Source: Acidimicrobiales bacterium (GTDB lineage: Bacteria; Actinomycetota; Acidimicrobiia; Acidimicrobiales; QHCF01). Taken from it: a stretch of DNA of 58,692 nt. Of the stretch, positions 1-7,919 are shown in pieces. The first letter of the stretch is position 1; each line of letters begins with the position of its first letter. The stretch covers positions 1 through 58,692 of the forward strand of contig DAIROT010000009.1 of NCBI GenBank assembly GCA_036806345.1. The letters are read 5' to 3'. The notes under the pieces are model-generated. The model was given only the letters and a program-made list of their open reading frames with translations. It was not told the DNA's origin and did not search any database. Made by a program: the position numbers and the translations under genes.

Positions 1-61
1 GACTCGAACCCCCAACCGCCGGTTTTGGAGACCGGTGCTCTGCCAGTTGAGCTACTGCCCT
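1..61 (-). tRNA. tRNA-Trp (anticodon CCA), partial; the 3' end runs off the window
   Basis: The reverse complement reads AGGGCAGTAGCTCAACTGGCAGAGCACCGGTCTCCAAAACCGGCGGTTGGGGGTTCGAGTC. D-arm, anticodon loop CT-CCA-AA and T-arm GGTTCGAGTC are recognisable. Confidence 0.85.
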
Positions 62-129
62 TGGGGGGGCTCCTTGGAGGATAGCACCAGAGTGTCGGAA
101 TCGCCGTCAGCCGCCAGCACCCAAGGGGA

Positions 130-495
130 TCAGCCAGCCAGGCCGATCCGGCTCCCGCGCCCTCGGTTGACCAGCACTACACCTGCCACCCCCGCTGCCC
201 CCACAGCCAGGGCCAGACCGCCGACGTAGCCCGCCCGCCGGCCGGTGAGCACCGAGCGGATGGCCCCCCTCTGCCCGACCTCCTCCAAGCCGGCCAAGAT
301 GGCTCCCACCAGTCCCGGTGGAGGCTCGGGTTCCTGAGTTCGGAGCTGATGGAGGACCCTCAACAGTCGGCGGTACTGAACCATCTCGGCCTGACACCGC
401 AGGCATCCCTCGACGTGGCGTACCACTCGACGCTCAGCCGTCTCGGGACCGTCCATGATCTGAGGCAGCAGATCAGCGACTTCCTCACATCGCAC
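130..495 (-). CDS. Zinc-binding (ZAS, zf-HC2) anti-sigma factor with a C-terminal TM helix
   Basis: H-x3-C-x2-C motif (HVEGCLRCQ) and a C-terminal hydrophobic helix (GYVGGLALAVGAAGVAGVVLV). A GTG start at 495 overlaps the sigma-factor stop at 485-487. The ORF-track start at 636 is probably an over-extension. Confidence 0.75.
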   Translation of the reverse strand: MRCEEVADLLPQIMDGPETAERRVVRHVEGCLRCQAEMVQYRRLLRVLHQLRTQEPEPPPGLVGAILAGLEEVGQRGAIRSVLTGRRAGYVGGLALAVGAAGVAGVVLVNRGRGSRIGLAG

Positions 496-1108
496 GGGCG
501 TGCTCCTCGTCAACTCGCTCGTCCCGGGTGGGATAGAGACGCTCACGCAGCTTGCGCCGGGCTCGATGCAGGCGCACCTTGGCCGCCGTCTCAGAGATGC
601 CCAGCTCGGCCGCGATGGCCGCGTGAGGCAGGTCATACAGATCCCGCAGCACGACCACCGCCCGCAGCCGCGGTGGCAGGGCCTGAAGGGCTACCGATAC
701 CCTGTCCCGTTCCATGGAGACGCCGGCCATGGCCTCGGGATCGTGATCCACCCGGCGATCGAGTAACGGGCTGTCATCGTCAAGCGGCTCGTGGCGAGCC
801 CGGCTGCGGCGCACCAGGGACGTCGCCGCACAATTGGCGGTTATGCGGTAGATCCAGGTGTTGAAGGTGGCGTCCCCTCTGAAGCGGCGCACACTCCGGT
901 ATGCCCGAAGGTAAGAGTCCTGTACCACGTCGCAGGCATCATCCACGTCGCCGGTCAAGCGAAACGCCAGCCCATAGACCTCCGAATAGGTGGCCCTCAC
1001 CAGGTCGTCAAAGGCCGACCGATCACCAGTCTGGGCGCGCCTCACCAGCTCGGCTACGTCAGATGCCACTGAGTCGGAGGTCATTGATGATCCGACCATC
1101 GACTGCAC
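485..1108 (-). CDS. ECF-type RNA polymerase sigma-70 family factor
   Basis: Region 2 (DVVQDSYLRAYRSVRRFRGDATFNTWIYRIT) and region 4 (LPPRLRAVVVLRDLYDLPHAAIAAELGISETAAKVRLHRARRKL). Translationally coupled to the downstream anti-sigma gene. Confidence 0.9.
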   Translation of the reverse strand: MQSMVGSSMTSDSVASDVAELVRRAQTGDRSAFDDLVRATYSEVYGLAFRLTGDVDDACDVVQDSYLRAYRSVRRFRGDATFNTWIYRITANCAATSLVRRSRARHEPLDDDSPLLDRRVDHDPEAMAGVSMERDRVSVALQALPPRLRAVVVLRDLYDLPHAAIAAELGISETAAKVRLHRARRKLRERLYPTRDERVDEEHARAM

Positions 1109-1159
1109 CCGTTGGTTACCGCACCGCGCCTGGGAGACAACGTGATTCTCGTCCCGGGT

Positions 1160-1324
1160 CTACCGGGTCTCCTTGTGCACGGTGTGCTGGCGGTCCCAGC
1201 GACAATACTTCTTCATCTCGATTCGCTCCCGATCGTTCTGCTTGTTCTTCATGGTGATGTAGTTGCGTCGCTTGCAGACGTCGCAGGCGAGGGTGACCTT
1301 TATTCGCTTCTCATTCTTTGCCAT
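1160..1324 (-). CDS. rpmG: 50S ribosomal protein L33
   Basis: Manual translation gives [54 protein letters not shown] (54 aa, too short for the ORF track). AAGGGGG Shine-Dalgarno upstream. Classical tRNA-Thr/tRNA-Met/rpmG neighbourhood. Confidence 0.9.
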   Translation of the reverse strand: MAKNEKRIKVTLACDVCKRRNYITMKNKQNDRERIEMKKYCRWDRQHTVHKETR

Positions 1325-1346
1325 CTCGTGGCCCCCTTAATCTGTC

Positions 1347-1421
1347 CTCGGTACTCACTGTCTCGGTACTCACTGTCTCGGTACTCACTGTCTCGGTACT
1401 CACTGTCTCGCTACTCCGTGT
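1347..1421. repeat. 15-bp tandem repeat (ctcggtactcactgt), 4 perfect copies plus 1 degenerate copy, between tRNA-Met and rpmG
   Basis: Direct reading: perfect units at 1347, 1362, 1377 and 1392, and a degenerate unit ctcgctactccgtgt at 1407. Confidence 0.95.
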
Positions 1422-1450
1422 CCTGCCATCAACTTGCGATCCGGTGCCAG

Positions 1451-1524
1451 TAGCGGCGGTCGGACTCGAACCGACGACCCCACGATTATGAGCCGTGTGC
1501 TCTAACCAGCTGAGCTACGCCGCC
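1451..1524 (-). tRNA. tRNA-Met (anticodon CAT), elongator type
   Basis: The reverse complement GGCGGCGTAGCTCAGCTGGTTAGAGCACACGGCTCATAATCGTGGGGTCGTCGGTTCGAGTCCGACCGCCGCTA folds as a cloverleaf. The anticodon stem lacks the 3xG-C initiator signature. Confidence 0.9.
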
Positions 1525-1546
1525 AAGAACCCCCTGAGAGTTCTCG

Positions 1547-1619
1547 AGCCCCCTGTCGGAATCGAACCGACGACACCAGCCTTACCATGGCTGTGCTCTG
1601 CCGACTGAGCTAAGGGGGC
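1547..1619 (-). tRNA. tRNA-Thr (anticodon GGT)
   Basis: The reverse complement GCCCCCTTAGCTCAGTCGGCAGAGCACAGCCATGGTAAGGCTGGTGTCGTCGGTTCGATTCCGACAGGGGGCT has a 7-bp acceptor stem and a T-loop GGTTCGATTCC. Confidence 0.9.
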
Positions 1620-1717
1620 GGTGCCGGTAGGGGTCAGGTCAACCCGACCGCGTCCAGCTGATGATAGCTCGGGAAGGCGGCCTTGGCGCGGGGAACATGC
1701 GTCTGTAATGTCGCCAG

Positions 1718-2215
1718 ATGGATGTACGCCTGGCCACCCTCGCTGACGCAGAGGCAATCCGGTCCATCTACAACGCGGAGGTGACCGGCTCGAGCGCCAC
1801 CTTCGACATGGTCCTTCGAAGCATCGATGAGCAACACCGGTGGCTGGCGGAGCACTCTGGTGCACACCCCGCCATCGTCGCCGTCCAGAACACTGCGGTG
1901 CTCGGCTTTGGCTGCCTCTCCACCTACCGGGCCAGGCCCGGTTACACCACCACGGTGGAGGATTCGGTTTACATCGACCCCAGCCACCGCGGCCGGGGGA
2001 TGGGCCATGCCATCCTCGACGAGCTGCTTCGCTTGGCCACTGCCCATGGCTTCCACGCCGTTATGGCCCGGATCGCCGATGGCAATCCAGCGTCGATCGC
2101 CCTTCACCGGGCGGCCAAATTTGACCTGGTGGGAGTCGAGCTGGAGGTGGGACGCAAGTTCGGGCGCTGGCTTGACGTGACGCTCATGCAGCGCCTGCTC
2201 GAATCGGGCTATTGA
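1718..2215 (+). CDS. GNAT family N-acetyltransferase (phosphinothricin-acetyltransferase-like)
   Basis: 165 aa. The acetyl-CoA motif RGRGMGHAILDELL and the overall pattern IRSIYNAEV...TFD...W resemble PAT/Bar-type GNATs. Confidence 0.85.
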   Translation: MDVRLATLADAEAIRSIYNAEVTGSSATFDMVLRSIDEQHRWLAEHSGAHPAIVAVQNTAVLGFGCLSTYRARPGYTTTVEDSVYIDPSHRGRGMGHAILDELLRLATAHGFHAVMARIADGNPASIALHRAAKFDLVGVELEVGRKFGRWLDVTLMQRLLESGY

Positions 2216-2515
2216 TCACGCACGGCGTAGGCCGCGGCGGTGAAACAACGACTTCTCGATGAGCAGGAGAATGACGGCACCCACTATGGCGACCACGATC
2301 TCGATGATGATGCTGGAAGAGGCATGCGAACCGCCCCTGAAGAGGTGCAGCAGTATGCCGCCAATCACTGCTCCGACGATACCGGTGACGGTGTCGCGTA
2401 AGAAGCCCATGCCGCCGCCGCCGACCAGCTTGCCTGCGATTAGCCCGGCAATCAGCCCAATAACGATCCAAGTGATTATATGGTGACCGGCAATGGGGGC
2501 CAAGGCAAGCAACAT
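2216..2515 (-). CDS. GlsB/YeaQ/YmgE (transglycosylase-associated) family small membrane protein
   Basis: 99 aa with three Gly-rich TM helices (WIVIGLIAGLIAGKLVGGGGMGFLRDTVTGIVGAVIGGILL...). Confidence 0.75.
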   Translation of the reverse strand: MLLALAPIAGHHIITWIVIGLIAGLIAGKLVGGGGMGFLRDTVTGIVGAVIGGILLHLFRGGSHASSSIIIEIVVAIVGAVILLLIEKSLFHRRGLRRA

Positions 2516-2553
2516 GATTTCTCCTGAAGTTGACCGAATCCGACCTGATTACT

Positions 2554-4248
2554 CTACCCATCGATGCTGGTTCCAACCATTGTCCCCGGCGGTGGCCCAA
2601 GCGTCGACTGAGCGGGCTTTGACAGGACAGGCGAACGCCATCGACTGCGAGTCCAGGCCCGGTGTGCCCAGTGGGCGACCGGGGTTCCCGGAATGATGGA
2701 CAGGACGATCACCGCCAACAGCAGGGCGGCCGTGCTGGAGTGGTGCAATCCGTCCAGGAGGGGAGCGCCGCCCTGGGTCTCGAAAAGCGTGACACCCACC
2801 GTTAGGGCGATCAAAAGGCTGCGAAGCCGGCCTGCCGCCACGGGCGCCAGCAATATCAATCCCCAAGCCACGTACCAGGGCTGCACCACCGGGGCCAGCC
2901 AGACGAAGGCCAACAAGGTGATGGCCATGGCCTTGAGACCGCCCAGACGCTCGCTGTTCCAGAGCACCAGCAGGCCGATTCCTGCTGCCCCGGCCAATCC
3001 CAGTACCCGCACCACGGTCAGCACCGTGGTGCCACTGATGCCCAGTCCCGCAAGGTGCACAAGTGCACCAGCCAGCTCGCCGATGTCGGTCACCGGTGCC
3101 ATCACCGACCGCACCGTCCCAGGGGTGCCAAGAGCCAGCAACCACCCCCACCCGAGGCCGGTGACGCCAGACAGTCCGGCCATGACCGCAATTGAGGCAA
3201 TGGCGGCGGTGATCACGGGTCTCACCCGCTGGCGCCAGCTCACGTGGGATCCGATCCACTCCCAGCCGATGTAGACCACTCCCACCGCGGCCGGGACCTT
3301 GACCGCGGTGGCCAGGCTGCAGAGGACGATCCCCAACAGCGGTCGTCCCTCCTTGGCCAAGGTGACCCCGGCGACCAGCAGCCCGATCATCAGGGCGTCG
3401 TTGTGGGCTCCTCCCAGCAGGTGAAGCAGGGTTACCGGGTTGAGCACCGCCAACAGAAAGGCCCGGGCCGGGTCTCGCCCGTAGGCGCGAGCCAATCGAG
3501 GGATGAACCAGGCAACCAGGCCAACGCCGGCCACGGCCATCAGGCGCAGGCCGACGACCGTGGCCAGGACCCGATGGCCCACCAGGTTTACCAGGCCACC
3601 GTCGAGACCGAGAAAGAGGGGTCCGTACGGCGCAGGCGCGTTGCCCCAGAACGGGTCAACCGAGGCGTTGTAGGGGCTGGCGCCCAGGACGTTCGGCCCG
3701 TACTGATATGGGCTGATGTGGTGACTGACCATCTCGCCCTGAGCGGCGTAGCTGTAGACGTCCCGGCTGAACAGTGGCGGAGCGATGAGGAGGGGGAGTA
3801 TCCAGATGGCTCCCACGATGGCCAGGCTGCGGACCCGTACGCCAGGGCGGCGGGCCAGCTGGCGAACGAGGTCATACCACACCTTGACCAGCAACAGCAT
3901 GCCCCCGTACACCGTCACCATGCCGACAAGCAATCCTCCGGTACTGGCCCCGGGGCCGGGAAGACCGAAGAACCAGGCCCCGGGAGTCTTCAGGGCAAAC
4001 GGGGAACTGGGCTGGGAAGCCCCGACGATGATGGCGATGATGGCGAGCAGACCGAGCAGGGCCGGCCGTCGCAGGAAGGTATTGTCCTGCTTCTCGGTTA
4101 CTTGCGTTCTCGCTAGCAGATCATGGGAATCCGGGACATCGTCGGTCTCCAAAGCCCGTACCGCCGCCATCCGCCACCCCGCCCGGGGAGCGAGACGGAA
4201 TTGTCCAAGGCGGTCGGCCCAGGCGCGTACCAGCGGTGGCGATTCCAC
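2554..4248 (-). CDS. Polytopic membrane glycosyltransferase, GT87/DUF2029 (MptA/MptB-like polyprenol-phosphate-mannose-dependent mannosyltransferase); start uncertain
   Basis: More than 10 predicted TM helices. Loop motif SRDVYSYAAQGEMVSHHISPYQYGPNVLG...DPFWGNAPAPYGPLF is typical of actinobacterial alpha-1,6-mannosyltransferases. An alternative start lies at 4170. Confidence 0.65.
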   Translation of the reverse strand: MESPPLVRAWADRLGQFRLAPRAGWRMAAVRALETDDVPDSHDLLARTQVTEKQDNTFLRRPALLGLLAIIAIIVGASQPSSPFALKTPGAWFFGLPGPGASTGGLLVGMVTVYGGMLLLVKVWYDLVRQLARRPGVRVRSLAIVGAIWILPLLIAPPLFSRDVYSYAAQGEMVSHHISPYQYGPNVLGASPYNASVDPFWGNAPAPYGPLFLGLDGGLVNLVGHRVLATVVGLRLMAVAGVGLVAWFIPRLARAYGRDPARAFLLAVLNPVTLLHLLGGAHNDALMIGLLVAGVTLAKEGRPLLGIVLCSLATAVKVPAAVGVVYIGWEWIGSHVSWRQRVRPVITAAIASIAVMAGLSGVTGLGWGWLLALGTPGTVRSVMAPVTDIGELAGALVHLAGLGISGTTVLTVVRVLGLAGAAGIGLLVLWNSERLGGLKAMAITLLAFVWLAPVVQPWYVAWGLILLAPVAAGRLRSLLIALTVGVTLFETQGGAPLLDGLHHSSTAALLLAVIVLSIIPGTPVAHWAHRAWTRSRWRSPVLSKPAQSTLGPPPGTMVGTSIDG

Positions 4249-4303
4249 CCTCTGATTGTGCCAGACTTTGCGAAACTGTTACATTCATCGCTCCGGGCGC
4301 CCG

Positions 4304-4961
4304 TTAGGGCATCTCCGGCCGCAAGGTCAAGGTGCCTCCGGATACAGCACGAACAGACCCGGGATGTGCCCCTCGGCGCCACGCCGAGATGGCGACGAGG
4401 AACAGCTTGGCGAAGTTCTGGTGGTCTGGGTGAACAGCAGACGCCCGATCGGATCCGTTCGGGTCGTAGATCGACCCGCCGAGGTTGAGGCGAGCTCCGC
4501 GGGAGGTCAGCTCGTCGGCGATGTCACGGGCGCCGGGGACGGAGCGGGCGAGGCGGCCCAGCTTGGCCACCACGAGCGTGTCGCCTGGTCGACAGGCGGC
4601 GAGGGCCTGGAGGAGGCCGGGGCGGGCGCGGCGGCCGACACCACCACGGTTCGAACCCCGGTGAGGTCGCGGGTAGCCCACAGGGCGGTCAGTGGCGTCG
4701 AGCGCTTCTCGCCCACCCACACCCTGCTCGGGCAGCAGCCGAGGCAGGTCCAGGTCGGTGTCCGGGTCGGCATTGGGCGCTCCCGGAGCGGAGCGGGCGG
4801 CAACCAGCCGGGCCACGGCGTAACCAAGCCCGTCGGCGTCAGGAGCGAAATCCTCCTCGTAGAGGATACCGGCATCGTGGCGCATCGCGACCCGCCGACG
4901 CGTCCCGTAGCCCGATCGGCTCGGCGTCGACCGGCGCGGTGGGGGGCTGCGTCGTCGTCAT
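4304..4961 (-). pseudogene. Decayed serine recombinase (resolvase/invertase family), split over at least 2 frames
   Basis: Frame 1 (4961 downward) reads MTTTQPPTAPVDAEPIGLRDASAGRDA, compare IGYARVSTxxQ. Frame 2 reads RPGLLQALAACRPGDTLVVAKLGRLARSVPGARDIADELTSRGARLNLGGSIYDP, compare RPgL..lL..lr.GDtLVVwkLDRLgRS. A third frame gives DPIGRLLF. No intact C-terminal HTH. Confidence 0.55.
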
Positions 4962-5170
4962 GACCCTGCCCCTCATGCCAGATTCAGAGCCAGCGGCCGT
5001 CGCCGCGACCCTCCGGGACGAGCTGAAGGCTTTGGTCGCTCTGGTTGGGAACAACTTACGGAAGCTGACCCACGGGCTCCTCAACAGCTGCACGGGTGAT
5101 GAGTGATGTACGCCTCCCCAGCCGGCCGGGATGGTCAAATGCGTACGGCTGGGCTATCCGCCGTCCGCCG

Positions 5171-5506
5171 TCAGCGCCGGCGCCCGGGCCAGGGCCGCAA
5201 CCCGAGGCACCACAGGGTGATGTTGGCGATCTGGACGCCGGCGCCGACCGGGAAGGTGACGAAGAGCGAGCGGGCCGCCCCCTTCACCGTGCGCTTGCGG
5301 ATGATGACATCCCCGACGGCGGCGCCGGCCCCACCGGCGAAGCCGCACACCATGGCCGCCAAGAACACCACGTCGACGACCACAGCAGCCACGGCCCGCA
5401 GGGGCAACGTGGCGACCCGCAGCGCCTTGGTGGTTCCTTCCCGGTGGGGCCGGAGCTGCGGTCGCTCTTCCACCCAGCCCCATTCCGGGCCGCGACGTTC
5501 GCTCAT
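5171..5506 (-). CDS. Hypothetical small membrane protein (2 predicted TM segments)
   Basis: 111-aa ORF with strongly G/C-biased third codon positions and two hydrophobic stretches (AVAAVVVDVVFLAAMVCGFAGGAGAAVG; SLFVTFPVGAGVQIANITLWCLGL). No family recognised, and it lies in ORF-poor DNA. Confidence 0.3.
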   Translation of the reverse strand: MSERRGPEWGWVEERPQLRPHREGTTKALRVATLPLRAVAAVVVDVVFLAAMVCGFAGGAGAAVGDVIIRKRTVKGAARSLFVTFPVGAGVQIANITLWCLGLRPWPGRRR

Positions 5507-6176
5507 GAAGGCCCCGGAGGATAGCGGGCGGCGGCGGCGGCGAGCTGGTCGGTGTGCCCGGTGACCTCGGCGAGCTCGTGGTGTGGGCTGCTGGTCCCCG
5601 TCGCCTCCGCCCTGTCGCCTCCACGGGGGGGGTCGCTGCTGCCGTCGGGGATCGACGCCGCCTGTCGATCATCGGCGTCTTCTTGGTGCTCAGGACCTTC
5701 GGGCGTCGTCTCACGTCTTGGATCATGCGCCGTTGCGCGGACACGCTGCTCATCCGCCGGGCCCCATCTCCCTCGTCCTGGTCCACACCCTGGCCGCCGC
5801 CGCGCTGACCGAAGCGCTGGGATGGCACCCCCTCCCTGGGGCGTTCATCATCGGGCTGCTCCCGTCGGAGCCCCTCGCGTCAACCCGCCGCTCATCCAAA
5901 GCGTCCGCACCGTCACCCTCGGGTTCTTCGCTCCCATCTTCTAGGAGCGGGTCGTCGTCCCCGTCCTCGACAGCGTCCCCTCCGCGGTGGCGGCCCGGGG
6001 TCTCCGCCGGACGGGTTTCGATACGAGTGACGAGCACCGCAGGTGTTCTGCCTGCCGGACCTGGCACGACGGCGAGGACGCTGCTCTGGGTGTGTCCGGA
6101 GTGCTCGACAGGGCTCCAGAGCCGCTCAGCAATGGCTACCGGAATGGCTACCGAGGTGCCCTCTCGGGGAACGAGA

Positions 6177-6220
6177 AAAGCCCAGGCGGTCCAGGGTTTA
6201 CCCGGCGTGAACTGGGCTTT
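6177..6220 (-). terminator. Possible intrinsic terminator downstream of tRNA-Tyr
   Basis: A 9-bp stem aaagcccag/ctgggcttt. On the minus strand it is followed by TTTTCTCGT. The loop is long (26 nt), so this is weak. Confidence 0.3.
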
Positions 6221-6228
6221 CGTGCTGG

Positions 6229-6310
6229 TGGGCCGGGGAGGATTTGAACCTCCGTAGGCTGTGCCGGCAGATTTACAGTCTGCTCCCTTTGGCCGCTCGG
6301 GCACCGACCC
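6229..6310 (-). tRNA. tRNA-Tyr (anticodon GTA), long variable arm
   Basis: The reverse complement is GGGTCGGTGCCCGAGCGGCCAAAGGGAGCAGACTGTAAATCTGCCGGCACAGCCTACGGAGGTTCAAATCCTCCCCGGCCCA. The acceptor stem GGGTCGG/CCGGCCC pairs with one G-U. Confidence 0.9.
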
Positions 6311-6337
6311 CTCAGCCGAGACGATAGCGTCTGGTCT

Positions 6338-6826
6338 GTGCCGAGCTTCGACGTGGTCTCCGAGATCGACATGCAAGAGGTGCGTAACGCGGTGGACCAG
6401 GCCTCCCGGGAGGCGGCCACCCGGTTTGACTTCAAGGGGACCGACTCTCACATAGACCTGGGCGAGAATGAGCTGCGGCTCAACTCCTCTACCGAGGACC
6501 GCCTGCGGGCTCTCAACCAGGTCCTGGAAGAGAAGTTGGTCCGCCGCCACGTCTCGCTCAAGGCCCTCTCGCCCGGGAAGGTGGAGGAGGCAGCCAAGAG
6601 CACCGTCCGTCAGACGATCGCCCTTAACGCCGGCATCTCGGCCGACAACGCCCGTCGGCTCAACCGGTTCATCAAGGACATGGGCCGGAAGGGGATATCC
6701 TCCCAGACCCAGGGCGATCAGCTACGGGTCACCGCCAAGAAGCGCGACGACCTCCAGGCCGTCATCGCCGCCCTGAAGGAGGAGGACTTCGGGATCCCCC
6801 TCCAGTTCACCAACTTCAGGGACTAG
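6338..6826 (+). CDS. yajQ: YajQ family (UPF0234) nucleotide / cyclic-di-GMP-binding protein
   Basis: 162 aa. The N-terminus MPSFDVVSEIDMQEVRNAVDQASREAATRFDFKG and the C-terminus LQFTNFRD are hallmark YajQ sequence. Confidence 0.9.
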   Translation: MPSFDVVSEIDMQEVRNAVDQASREAATRFDFKGTDSHIDLGENELRLNSSTEDRLRALNQVLEEKLVRRHVSLKALSPGKVEEAAKSTVRQTIALNAGISADNARRLNRFIKDMGRKGISSQTQGDQLRVTAKKRDDLQAVIAALKEEDFGIPLQFTNFRD

Positions 6827-6963
6827 ATGTAGAGACAGGAGGCGCCTCTGCTGCTGCCATCCTGTCGGTCCGTGACAGCTGAAACCTAAGTTAGGGAGCG
6901 TACGTTCCCATGGCGCTTCCCGGAGGCGGCAATGGGTGACTTGCTCCTCGCCCTCGGGCAGTA

Positions 6964-6991
6964 CTTTAGATCTAAAGATCTAAAGATCTGA
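6964..6991. repeat. Triple AGATCT motif (8-bp unit agatctaa x3) embedded in overlapping perfect palindromes; operator-like, 22-49 nt upstream of the 7013 ATG
   Basis: ctttagatctaaagatctaaagatctga. AGATCT occurs at 6968, 6976 and 6984. ctttagatctaaag is a perfect 14-bp palindrome. AGGAGG Shine-Dalgarno at 7001-7006. Confidence 0.9.
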
Positions 6992-7012
6992 TGACCATTC
7001 AGGAGGGCAACG

Positions 7013-7291
7013 ATGGCAAGAACTACTGGGACGACCTCATTGTCCAAGCTGGTCGCACTTGGAGTGCTGAAGTGCGACGAGAGGCTGGCACTCCGCAGGA
7101 GATCGCAGCCTGAGGTCGAAGCCTCTCTGACAGAGAGAGGAACGATCCAAATGGGTCGCAATGATTACGCAACACCCAGCGCGGCTGCTCGGGCGGCCCT
7201 TGGTGGCCGGCCAACAGATGGATGGCTCCGCTGGCGCATACCCAGACTGGGCTACGCCACCCTGGCCAAGGTGAGGGACTCGAATGGCTGA
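7013..7291 (+). CDS. Small protein with a DUF4357-like C-terminal module (a domain normally fused to GIY-YIG nucleases); possible truncated nuclease partner or regulator
   Basis: 92 aa. The C-terminus YATPSAAARAALGGRPTDGWLRWRIPRLGYATLAKV resembles the sPSaAA..v.G...NG...WK..G..L pattern. The stop overlaps the methyltransferase ATG (ATGGCTGA). Codon usage is AT-richer than the host. Confidence 0.5.
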   Translation: MARTTGTTSLSKLVALGVLKCDERLALRRRSQPEVEASLTERGTIQMGRNDYATPSAAARAALGGRPTDGWLRWRIPRLGYATLAKVRDSNG

Positions 7292-7919
7292 ACGGCGCCT
7301 GGCCCTACCGGAATTAGACATCGCGCCGTTCGGAACCCTCCTGGCCGATCCTCCGTGGCGGTTCCAGAATCGCACAGGCAAGGTGGCGCCGGAGCACGCC
7401 CGTTTGTCCCGTTATGACACCATGACCACCGAGGAGATCGCCGTCCTGCCCGTGGCGGAAGTTATGGCTCACCAGTCCCACTGCTACTTATGGGTGCCCA
7501 ACGCCCTGGTCGCCGACGGGCTGGCCGTGATGGTGGCGTGGGGTTTCACCTACAAGTCCATGGTGGTGTGGGCCAAGCGTCGCAAGGACGGTGGCCCCGA
7601 TGGGCGCGGCGTCGGGTTCTACTTCCGTAATGTCACCGAGCCCCTGCTCTTCGGAGTACGGGGCAAGCTACGCACGCTTGCCCCCGGTCGGCGACAGGTC
7701 AACATGATCGAGACCCGCAAGCGTGAGCACTCCCGCAAGCCCGATGAGCAGTACAAGATCATCGAATCGTGCTCGCCAGGCCCGTACCTCGAGCTGTTCG
7801 CCCGCTATCCGCACGAAGGGTGGACTGGATGGGGGAATGAAGCCGACGGGGGCGTCATCCCGCGGGGTCGCCGGTACTCGAGCTACGGTCCCGTCGCCGG
7901 GTTGGCCGGTCAGTCGTAG
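7284..7919 (+). CDS. MT-A70 family N6-adenine DNA methyltransferase
   Basis: 211 aa. Catalytic DPPW motif (LLADPPWRF), then YLWVPNA...WGF and a C-terminal EHSRKPDE..Y..IE...PGPYLELFAR typical of MT-A70. Contains TTA codons unusual for the host. Confidence 0.85.
   Translation: MAERRLALPELDIAPFGTLLADPPWRFQNRTGKVAPEHARLSRYDTMTTEEIAVLPVAEVMAHQSHCYLWVPNALVADGLAVMVAWGFTYKSMVVWAKRRKDGGPDGRGVGFYFRNVTEPLLFGVRGKLRTLAPGRRQVNMIETRKREHSRKPDEQYKIIESCSPGPYLELFARYPHEGWTGWGNEADGGVIPRGRRYSSYGPVAGLAGQS

Noticed and set aside
1112-1453. 113-aa plus-strand ORF that translates the 15-bp array as YSLSR x4.
   Set aside because: It is antisense to rpmG and has no start context. The repeat peptide is a by-product of the DNA repeat. 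The region is better explained as the rpmG gene plus its leader.
5750-6550. 266-aa minus-strand ORF crossing tRNA-Tyr and the yajQ start. Also plus-strand ORFs 5583..6257 and 5096..5564 in the same ORF-poor region.
   Set aside because: The first runs straight through a tRNA gene and antisense to yajQ. None shows a domain signature. They were treated as noise within the putative relic region.
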